DNA from: Fimicolochytrium jonesii
Lineage: Eukaryota
Assembly: GCF_025526975.1 (NCBI RefSeq)
Contig: NW_026515671.1
Coordinates: 682,001 to 746,000 of the forward strand
Reading direction: 5' to 3'
DNA length: 64,000 bases
The translations under genes were made by a program, and so were the position numbers. This document shows, in pieces, positions 13,089 through 25,200 of the stretch. The first letter of the stretch is position 1, and the number at the start of each line of letters is the position of its first letter. The notes below the pieces were generated by a model. That model ran no database searches. It saw only the letters and a program-made list of their open reading frames with translations, and had not been told where the DNA came from.

Positions 13089-14525
13089 CTAGTAAGGATG
13101 ATTTCGTTCCTGCGCCCCTTTGACATCCAAGCAACCAGAGTCTCGCCGCTTTTTCGGCAAAGCATCTTTGGCGCTTCCATGGCCGGATGAATGACGCCGC
13201 TTCGAAGGAGTACTCTTGCTGCTATCTGATGCACGCCACTCCGACGGCAAGCCTTCGGATTGGGCGAGTCCTCGCTCTGAGATTCCCGCCGTCATGAACG
13301 GAAGTCGGCGCTTTGGCAGGTCGAGAACTATGAAGAAGGATGGCGTCAATGTCAAGGAGTATGGTTAGACTCGATGTGTATCGGAATCTTACCGACTCGT
13401 GCAAGCCTACGGTTACTCTCGCATTGTGGGTCACAGTACCACCGACCATCGTCTGTTCCCAAAGGTGTTATGAGACATCCAAAACATTCCAGCTTTGCAA
13501 TCACTCAAAACGTACCGCTGTTGCGTATAGCCCCGCTGTAGCAAGTCGGGTGAAAAGCCCTAGGGCAGCCATTGCATTGAATCAACGAAGAAGCGTGTGG
13601 CACATCCTTCTGAAAGCACGTGGCACAGAAATCTTGAAGAATCGGTCGAATACGATCTTTTGCTGATTCGCGGGTGAAGCGGCTGAGGTCCAGACGGCTT
13701 TGCTTATCTGCATAGCCGTATCCTTTATAGTCACATCCGTGCTTGCTAGTGAAACCGACACCGCAACTGTGAGAATCGCGGATCCTGGTCATTGGGCGGC
13801 CGATACTACAACATACTTGCAAAGAGTTCGCTTGCCCCAGGGCCCCGGGCGGAAGCTCGCGGTGGTCTGGCCGCCTTTGGTGACACCACAGTATCGGCAC
13901 CAGTCCAAGCCGCTCTTGGTGAACTCTTCATACATTGTCGGTCGGATGGTCTCCTGGATGGTACATTGCCGTAGAGCTTCAGGAGGAGTCTGCATGCTCC
14001 AACGCGTGTCGTCTCCATCAGACAACTCGCCGTCACTGTCTTCGTCGTCAGACTGGCTGGCAGCATCCGAGAGATCCGAGTCTTGGTGTCTCGCCGATGT
14101 GGTGTCAGCACGCGATTGTTCGTCGTCCGCATCGCCGCACGTCGAGCACTCTCCGCAACTGCTGCTGTTGCTGCTAGTGCTGATGCTAGGGCTGCTATCT
14201 ATTGACGTAAACTCGTCGAAGCTAAAATCACTGCGATGTGGCCCATGATATGAATCGATATGTGAGCAACTGCATGAACGGCGGATATGTCGCTTCACGG
14301 ATTTGCGAACCTGTCATTGGAACTTGTTATGTCTCCTAGTAAATTTCCTTCCGGTGCTTCTTGGAGGTGTTGTTGGAGAGGGTTTAGAGTTACCAAGAGC
14401 GGCTTGTTAATGTCCAGCAGCTTGTCGTCAATCCAGTCGACTCCGTAATGGTAATTTGGAAGGTGAAGAGCGGCGGGTTTCCTGTACGTTGAGGACGAGG
14501 GAAATCGATATTGAATTTGGATCAT
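13089..14525 (-). CDS. GATA-like zinc finger plus PHD finger protein (multi-exon)
   Basis: WCRYCG...FRPGPWGKRTLCNKHGC (GATA-like, assembled across an intron) and CATC...LIQCNGCPRAFHPTC...WYCDPQC (C4HC3 PHD). The start codon is uncertain. Confidence 0.8.
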
Positions 14526-15687
14526 GGCTATTCGACAGCGCTGCAAATGTGAAGAATTGGGTATCGGAAGGGGCCTGCAGCGAAAAGCGATGGAAGTGTT
14601 TGGGACAGCTAGCAGCAGGAAGGGAAAGAGCGACGCGAGAGTCTTAAAACATTTGAGAAGCCGGGCTGCAGAGGCTGCAGCACATGGAGCAGAGTGACGG
14701 CGAACAATGATATGGCTGTCGGCTATACCCGCCGTCATCTATACATTCCACTCAAACCAACCATCATGATTGTCCATTTGATCCGTCCACAAGGCTACCG
14801 TTGTGGCCCTTGTGGACTGACTTTGGAGATCAGTTCTCCCCGCCAGGTGGTCCGCTGCAGTGGGCAATTCCTTCGGCAACGTTTTTTTTTTTGGCGGACG
14901 GGCTTGCCCATATTAACGTTAAGGTAGAATCTCGATCGAATCAGTTCATATGATGGATATAGTGCACGCCGAATTTAGATCTGGCTGGTATGTCCGTCAA
15001 ACTGGTGCGCGCACCCCTACGCTCAGCGCTGTCACTGTGGCACCGGCGCCGAGTCGGGGTCGAAGTCGAAACTGCGCTGTAAAAGCCACGTGTGCCGTCA
15101 TTCCGGGCCTACCCCGACGAGCTGTGAGAACTTGTAAGCCCTAACGTGCCGTTTAGTTGGTATTACTCTCTATCTACGTATATACTGTATACTACTGTAC
15201 AGTATAAGTAGGCCCGGTTTCTCTTGAGATAGTGCTCGTCGAAAATGCAATAGTCGAGCTGTGCATGGCTTTGACGCGTATCAAGCGAGGTAACGTCCAC
15301 CATCTTCTGCTTCCACCGCTGCAGAAACGTGCCACCAGAATTCGGAACTCGCCGTTGGAATGAAGACAGCGACGCCTCTCCAAAGTCAGGCGACGTCTTG
15401 GAACTCCGAAACCAGCAACAGAAGGCCGCAAACTCTGCTTGGTTGACGTCAGGACCCCCCCGATCAACGACCCGTCGTCCTTCTTTGTAGCCCTGCACCA
15501 GCTTTCTGATACGCCTCGTGGTTGTCATATAACATAAGACATTGACTCAAGAAACTTCCCACGTTGCGCCGTGCGTCATTTCCAGCCAGAGAAGCGATGG
15601 TAAGCTCTCACATGCCCTTGATTACATACGTAGCGGTCTAAACGCGTTCCGCGTCCTCAGAGCAGATTAAGAAGTTCGAGTAATTCG

Positions 15688-17663
15688 ATGGGGTCAAGAC
15701 TCGAGGAGATCAATCGCGTGCTGGATTATCATACTGCCGCCAACGAAATGGGAAACGATTTTCAAGACGATAAATACAATGACTCAGGATTCGACGCTGA
15801 AAATGAAGAATTAGATGGTAATGATCAAGTCGAGGTGTACCAAAGTGGTGGAGAAGATGGGAACGCGGCGGCTCTGGCGAACATCAGCTCGGGATCTGGG
15901 GAAAAACATCAGGTGGACGGCGATCCCATCGAGACCTACTCCACTGGGGACGAATCCGATGCAGAAGGATCCTTATCCGAAAGGGAGTGGGTAGGTTCTT
16001 CGTTTGACCTTGACCGCCCAGGGATCAATGAGTATGTTCATCAGCTAAAGTAATGATTCTAGTCTGATACTTACGATGATGAAGATGCCGAACTTGGTCG
16101 TGCAACGGAGAAGAACGAAGGTGGGATGCCATCGTTCCTCTTGAGATAAGGCTTCCAATCACTGAATTTACATTGCTGTAGAGTTTGAACGCGAGCTCCA
16201 AGAGTATCATGATGCGTATCATAAGCCAGGAAGACGTGCGTATCAGCAAGACGTCGAACTGATACGGGCTGACATAGAAGTATACCAAACGACCATTGCT
16301 CGGGTAACAGCCCTCTACGTGTCTCACATCTGCTGTGATGACCTCTAAGCACTTTCCGCGCGTCATCCCATAGGTCAAGGCAGAGTGCGAAACGGCGAAA
16401 TATGAAGCCGCCCTTCTACAAACACAATCCCAAGAGCAAGAGATGCGACACGAGGAGGCGCTGCGGCGCATAGAGGATCTTGTGTTGGAAAATGAGAAGC
16501 TACGAATGGAGAAGGATGTGCAGACGGAAAACCTGTTGAAAGACCTCACTCAAGCGGAAGAGAGGGAGGCCTTCTTCATGGAACGGCGGAAAGGGGATAT
16601 GCGAGCTTTAGAGGAGAAGCATCGTGCCATGCAGACCGCCGCGCTGGCGAAGAAAGAAAAAGAGATCTTGAGCCTTGAAGAGGAGAACCAAAAGCTTCGT
16701 CAAGATCTGAGCGAGGAGACGGCCAAGTATCGCGCGGAGAAAGAAGCCGTAGAGGCAACTTCACGTAAGGACATCTTGGCAATGAAGCGCCTAGTGGAGA
16801 CCCTATCAGAACAGCGGGCAGCGCAAGAAGCCGCTCTAGCAAACAAAGAGAAGGAGCTTCGGTCAATGGGAGAGGAGCTCCGAAAGCTCCATTCGCATGT
16901 CAACAACCTTCGCGAAAACATGGGGAGCGAAGATAATCTCGGGCAGCGCTTGGCAAATGAGATGACAGAGAAAGCGAATCTGGAGAAGAGGCTCCGCGAC
17001 GGGGCTTTAGCGTGGAAGCAGTCACTAGGCGATCTCTCCCAGAAACGGGCGGCTCAAGCAGCAGTAATAGCAGAGAAAGATGAAGTCATTGAAGGCTTGG
17101 AAGCGGAGATAAAAGAGCTTCGTCAAACTCTGAGCAATGTCCGCGAAGCTCCGAAGGAAGAGGGCACTGGGCCACGGGCGACCAGCGGTAACGAGGGAAC
17201 GGGTGAACGGGCGACGAGCGGCGAAGAGGGCACTGGGGCACGGGCGACGAGCGAGGAGGTGGCCATCTTGGAAAAGAAATATCGCGCCGAGGCTTTGGCC
17301 TGGAAACGGAAGTTGAACGCAGTCGCGGAGCAGCGAAAGGCGGAAGCGGCAGCACTGGCGATTAAAGAGGAGCGGCTCCGGGCCGCGAAAGCGAATCTGG
17401 AAAGGTTACGAGGACAGAGTATAGAGAATCAGACCGAGGTGTCGACGCAGACGAGCGGAGGAACAGGGGTAGTGAGACAGTCCGATGAATGGACGCAGAC
17501 AGAGGCCATGCATATCGTCATCCCACTTCGTCGAATTCCAGCGCGGCCAACGACCTGCAAACGCGTGGGATGGAATTTTGCCCTTATGTCTTTCCTCGGC
17601 GCGGGTGTTGTACTGCTTTCCGAGTTGGCATATACCCACCACTACACAATTGTGCCGTCGTGA
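15688..17663 (+). CDS. Coiled-coil protein with acidic N-terminus and a single C-terminal transmembrane helix (multi-exon)
   Basis: ORF 15688 (acidic), an internal exon FERELQEYHDAY...TTIAR and the heptad-rich ORF 16443-17663 ending FALMSFLGAGVVLLSELAYTHHYTIVPS. Confidence 0.72.
17157..17255 (+). repeat. In-frame 33-bp tandem repeat x3 (EEGTGxRATSG)
   Basis: Units start at 17157, 17190 and 17223. Confidence 0.9.
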
Positions 17664-18447
17664 CAATCAGCTGGCATTGGGTTACCCATGGAGTTCCATG
17701 CAATGCGGGAGCGATGTCGATCGTGCCTTGTGAAGCGTCGTCACGTGCTTCCAAACTCGCAACAATCGTACGAAGCGCGCCGCTGAGCTCACAAGGCCGT
17801 ACTTAGTACGTCAGCGAGGACTGTCCGAACAGTAAGGCGGTGCAACAGCTCAACCGGTGCCTCTTTACACTCGCAATCCCTTCGCTTGCGCCCCGTGGTG
17901 AAATGGATCAGAGCGCACGTAATAGCGAGCCGTCACGAATCACGAGTAGAAGAGTGCACTTCGGATGGCGGTCAATGCCGCTCGGAAGCCATGTGGAACC
18001 AGAACACATTTGTGGGAATGCGCTCCTCGAAGGAACACATTGCATATGAATCTATTTCGCGGCGAAGACAGGCTTGTTCATCTGAAGCGATGCCTAGCAG
18101 TGCAGACAGCCCCGCCCTTGTCAGGGCGATAATCTGATACCCTCCGATATGTACATTCTTACACACACTGTACAGCTAATGCAAACAATCAAACGATTCC
18201 ATGTTGCAGGCTACGTCCGTGTATCTTCATTCCTTCGGAGACCGCCTTGACGGAAAGCTCAGCGTATATGTAATCTATGTAAGCTACAAGTGACCACTGC
18301 GATCGTAGCAGCTGCTGTTGCTTTCATCAGAGTCCACGAGTTTCGGATAAGCCAAACGCCGGTATGTCGGGGCGGAAGTGGCGATGTCGAGCCAAGAAGA
18401 GAAAATCTTGTTGCTGTGTGCTGAGTACGTCGGCGGCATAGGTTAGT

Positions 18448-19676
18448 CTAGTCTTCGTCCATATCCATATCTTCGTCCATCTGGAAGGTAAAGCGGTGAA
18501 TCGTAAGTGCTTGCCTAACTGCCTCTTAGCACTCGTTGAGACATACCTCCACCTCCATTTCGGCGCCATCAGCATCTTCCGTGACTTGTGGAAGATCTTC
18601 AAATTCGAATGCAAGCGCTGCTTTCTTCTGCGTCAAAGACATGCGTTCCAGATCCGCCAGGTTCAGCGGTGGTGCCAGGGCCATCCGCTCATCCGCCTCT
18701 ACGAACTCAACAGTGTCGACGATGACAAAGTCGTGCCAGTCTATCGACGCATATGCAACTGATAGAGGTACAGAATCATGGTAAGTAACGTGACGGCCAG
18801 TAAATCAGAGTGAACTGACTGGAATATTACCTCGCTCTTCGTCTGCTTCCTCTTCCGCCTTCTTCCTCTCTTCCTCCTGATACAGCCTAAATGTCACGCG
18901 CTCATTGATCCGCTCCAGCAGCGCAAACTTGTTTTCCACGTTCTCCCGTAATCGTTCATTCAGCGCTGCTGGTGGCATCAGAACCTTGGTATATTGCTCC
19001 ACCAACTTTGTGAAAAACGGAAACAAGCTGTGGTTGGTCCGCAGGAAGTCGAACTGGTAATTCCGCATTTCTCGTTTCATCAATGCTATCATGAAGTCCC
19101 GTCCGTTCCGTGCCACCAGCTGTGCTGTGAGTTTCACTACATCCAGATCCTGTGCTGACATCGAAGGCACGTCTGCCATGAATTCGTATGACGCTGGCTC
19201 TGGTGGCTTTACTACCGGCTCAGGAACTGCCTCCGCAGCCGGCTCTACTTTCCCATCCTCCGGCCCCTGCTCTGGTGCACCTATGTAAAGGTAGTCAGAT
19301 TCAAAGTCTGTGAATTGATAAAGGCAATATTTTGCTCCCACGTACCAGTTCCTTCCCTAGCTTCCGCAATCTTGAAGTCATAGTACGCACGGTAGGGATC
19401 CGTTGGATTTAAGAAGCAGAACTTTGGGTTGAATCTCTCCCTCTCTCGCATGCGCTCTTCAAAGGAAGGACCCATTCGGGCTACGAAAACGGCCGTCTTG
19501 TCGACGATATCTGGAAAGCGGCCAGGGAAGTTAAGATGCATTGTAACGAGGTCAAAGACTTGTAGCCGACACATACTCTTAATTTCTGGCGGGGGGTAGA
19601 TCAGCGCTGGACCGCCCGGTGCACCTCCATTCCCCGCAACGCCCTCCATCCCTGTCCCCGCGACTGTTGCTGCCAT
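18448..19676 (-). CDS. PRP21: Splicing factor 3A subunit 1 / Prp21, short form with two SURP domains
   Basis: IYPPPEIK, IVDKTAVFVARMGPSFEE...KFCFLNPTDPYRAYY (SURP1), VVKLTAQLVARNGRDF...QFDFLRTNHSLFPFFTKLVEQY (SURP2) and AYASIDWHDFVIVDTVEF. The last exon I can read is MDEDMDMDED-stop. Confidence 0.9.
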
Positions 19677-19941
19677 GGTGATTGTCTTTCGTGCGATTCC
19701 ACCCACAAGGGTTGGTGATCAGTTGGAGTGAAAAGAGGGGAGCCGCAAGGGTCTTATGTGCCTTCACGCTCTGCAACGGCGTACGTCGTCGTGTATTGGC
19801 GGGTGACTTGCTGTTGGATGTGGGGAAGAAATGACCGAGAACTTTTGCAGAGCTCCCGCGCGTTGGAAGTTGGAACTCGTTGAAATGTGAACTTCCTCTC
19901 GTTCCGTAAATTACAGTATATACGACTTTTAGTACGTAGCC

Positions 19942-21024
<1,083 letters not shown>

Positions 21025-22262
21025 TTAGACACAGTTATACGGTAGTTGCAAATGAGACGCAGTCCGCGGGAGTGACACATTAGTGCGCAAACACCTGGTG
21101 ATGTTGGAGTTCCGAGCACTCTTTTGGTAGACATCTTGGAATGTCCAGAGCTCATCATTGATGTCCTTTCGAAAAGAACCTTAGTGGGCTCGAATTCAGT
21201 TGAGAGAGTGGAAGGCGGGTACAGCGAACGGTCGTATACATTTCCAATACACCTGGTTCGACTTCCCAGTTAAACCGAACGATTATGCTACTGCTCATTG
21301 GTCGATAAAACGGATTCCTCTTCGTCTTCGTTTTCCTCCTCGTCGGCGCCTTCGGTTTCTCCATCCTCTTTGTCAGGAACATTGGCGTCAGAATCGGCTT
21401 CCTCCCCATGCACGACTTTCTGATGCGTTTCCTTCAACTTCGTTTTGCGAGATCTCCAATGGTCTCTTGAGTTGACCTAAACTCTGGAGACTCGTGGAGT
21501 ACGTATCGTGAAGGATGCTTTCAGATTGTGAAGTGATGCTGATGCCTGCCGATTCGTCGTTATGAGCGGCGCATGTTTGAGGCGCTGTTCACGGTGCGGC
21601 CCAACGACCGACGCGAGAAAGTTGAAACACCACCGATGCGCGGGGGAGCACGGGGTGATGGGGGTCCGTGACCGGGGAGGCGGTAAAGGCTTCGGTTGTT
21701 TCTATTCCTGAACTTTCTTTTTTGGCGCCTGTTTGCGCGTTGCCCTTCAGTAATGGAGGGAGTGGCTGCTGCGATCTGATGATGATTTGATGAGGGAACA
21801 AAGAAAGGTGAAACAACGACCTGTGGAAGCCCCGGCTGCCTGTCTTTTCCCAACCCCTCCCCTCAAAGAAAGGCCGTGGGAACATCTGTTCAAATCTTTC
21901 AGAACCTGCATCCACAGAGACTTTTCTGGTAGGTGCGTGTATATAGAACGTATCACATAGAAGGACCAGGGGACGAGTAAGGAGGGCAAGAGGGAACACT
22001 CGCTCTTTGCTGGTCGGAAAAAACTTCCCACCACCGCTCCGTCCACCACTCCGTCACTCTCAGCAGCTCAGACTTGATTGTGGTCAGGGTAAAATCGGTG
22101 TATATACGCTCGGGCGCCCGATAGCAGCTTCAAGCGATTTCACCAGCATAGCACAATTACTCGCCAGTAAAGGTATGTGGTTTGGACAGCTGGCTGCGAT
22201 GTGGAACAAAACGTCACTCACGATGTTCATTTGTTCTTTTCAACTGTACAGCTCCATAAAGT

Positions 22263-25200
22263 ATGGTTCGACCTGGTCGTAGTGGTGCGAACCCGTTCAG
22301 TGCCACGGCCACCCAAGCCGCCACCGCAAACTCGGAAGGTTGCGAAGACCTATCGCTCCCGGCTACCCCTTTCACAGTAGAGCAAGTCACGCGGAATCTC
22401 GTGGCTCGTCTGAGCAATGGGGAGCATTACACTCGGGTCGGCGCTCGGTGCCTGCTTGCACTGTCGTCGTCGAGAAACGGTTCGGACGCGCTGAGTAAGG
22501 AGTATGCCGATGCATACAAGCAGAGTCCTGGGACTGTTTCCCACCCTCCCCATGTCTTCCACATTGCAAGCTCTGCGTACCGTCACATGGTTCGCAGTCA
22601 GCAAGATCAATGTGTCATTCTGAGGTGAGCATCATGTACAACCCACCGCTTTGGTACAGAACTGTCCCACTCATACCGCCCATTTTTCCAGTGGAGAGAG
22701 TGGTTCAGGAAAATCACAATCTCACAGGTTCATCACGCGACACCTGTGCGATCTCAGCAAGACCTCTTTGAAGAAGAGCAAAGTGCATTCAGCAGTTCTC
22801 AAGGTCGACTCTGTCTTATCCGCGTTCGGAAATGCGCAGACGCCCTTCAATACCGATGCTTCATGCTACACGCGCTATGCCGAATACCAATTCGATAAGA
22901 GGGGTAAGATGGTTGGCCTGAAGCTTGTCGACTATTTGCTCGAGAAGTCGCGAGTTACAGGAGCCGAAGATGGTAAGTCGCGGCGAGTCGGAATCGTTTG
23001 GCGTCTGGACATGGTCATTGACACACGTTTTGTCGATCTTATAGGTGGACGAAGCTTCCACATCTTCTACTATCTGTTGGCCGGTGCTACACCTGACGAG
23101 AAGATGCAGTTGCACCTGTCGGACCCTGCTCACTTCCACTACCTCAACCAGTCGACCGTTCGAGTGGCTACAGCTGACAGCCTGGTAGCATTGGACGAGC
23201 TAAGGGATAACCTGAAGTCCCTCGGAATCGGACGCAGACAACAAGCCCAGCTCTGGCAACTCTTAGCTGCGATCCTTCACTTGGGAAATATCACTTTCCA
23301 TGATGACCCCAACAACACGCAGGAGTCGTGCTCAGTGCGCAACTATGCACAGCTTGAGCTCGTTGCAAGCCTGCTTGGTCTCCACCCCGCCGCAATCGAA
23401 GCTGTCCTCACATACCGCACAAAGAGGGTCGGCCGCGACATTACGTCCATTTTTCTGAATGCCGACGGAGCTGAGAAGCAACGTGACAGTTTCGCACGCT
23501 CCTTGTACGCTGTCGCCTTCAGTTGGATTATTGAGCAACTTAACAACAAGCTCTGTCAGGAAGAGTCTGCGTGGTCCACTTTCCTTGCCGTCCTTGACGC
23601 TCCTGGTTTTGCGGGCCGGGATATTACTGGGAACGGATTCCACCGTCTCCTTGTCAACTACGAAAACGAGAAGCTGCATAGTCTCATCAACGAACAGCTC
23701 TTCGATCTCCCTCGCATCGCGTTCACTGCCGAAGGTCTCGCGTTCAGTCAGAGTGATTTCACAAGTAACCGGGAGACTCTCGCCGTCTTGTCTGGCCCGA
23801 AGACTGGTGTCCTCCAAATTATCGATCAAGAGGCAGCTAGGGGTACGAAGGACTCGAAGATCAACGAAAAGCTATACGGTGCTCATGGGCAGACCGACAA
23901 CACCGCTTTCGTCGCGGCCAAGAAGCCCAAGCATTCGTTTGGAATCCGCCATTACGCTGGAGCGGTCGAGTACGACACTCGAGGATTCTCGGACAGTGAC
24001 TCGGACATTCTTCAATCTGACTTCGTCACACTCGTTCGCGGTAGTCCCGAGCAGGCTGGAACTGCCAATATGTTCCTTCGTGCCATGTTCTCGGACCGCT
24101 TGATCGCCACGCATGCCAGCAAGCGTGACGGCAAGGCGGTCTCTGCGTCCAGCAAGGGTCGTAACCCATCCGTTAAGCACCGTCGCAACAAGAAGGGACA
24201 GGACGTGGAAGAGGAAAGCTCAAGCGATCCTAGTGACACCGTCGGTTATCAGTTCCGCCATGCGTTGGGGGAGCTGCTCCCTACCCTGAGCGATGCGCAA
24301 TCCTGGGTGATCTATCACCTCAGGATCAACGATGACATCTCGAGCAGGAACGTCGACCAAGAAGCTGTGCGACGACAAGTGCAATATTATGATATCTTGG
24401 CCCTCACTACCTGCACCGCGGTGGTGTACACCTTCGCTATGACACACGCAGAGTTCCTGAAACGCTACGCAGTGATTGTCAGCCCATCGGGAGGGGACAA
24501 CAGGCAAAAGGTTCACGGGATCCTGCTTGCCAAGGACTGGAAGGAAAAGGATGCTGTCGTCGGGTCGTCCCGCGTGTTTCTCTCCGAGGCCGCGTGGAAA
24601 GCTCTGGAGCTGCAATTGGCGGCTCAGGAAGCGCAGGAAGTAGACGCGAAGGATTCCTACGATGCCTCCGTCTACGCCCGGTCAGAACACAGCATGGACG
24701 ATAATATCAGTCATTACGAGTCTGAGATGGAGTTCGAGCGCGAACCACGAAAGAGTAGCTCGCAGATCATGCTCATCAAGAATGGTGTAGATTTGGAAGG
24801 AGGCTATGGGGGTAGCGAAAAGTCTTTCAGTCCCCTGGCAAAGGATGGCGTCGTCGTCAACGAGGTTCCCGTCAAGGCGGCGAAGAAACCGAAGAAGAAA
24901 ATGACCGGAACTCGCTGTCGGTGGTTATGCTGCACATGGATGACCACCGGTCTCATTCCTCCCTTCTGCCTTTGGATATTCGGCATGAAGCAGAAGGATC
25001 GACAGATGGCATGGAGAGAAAAGGTGGCGCTTTGCTTCATCATCTTCTTGATGAACTGCGCCATTCTTTTCTTCATCATCGGCATGGGCTACTTCATCTG
25101 CCCGAAGAAAGCAGAGTTATCCCCGGGTCAAGTCTCAAGCAAAGTCGGCCTCGATGGTACCGGCATGGTTCACTTGTACGGGTCTTACTATACCGTTGCC

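Noticed and set aside
21155..22260. Short ORFs upstream of chitin synthase
   Set aside because: No coding signature; more likely promoter, 5-prime UTR and UTR introns.
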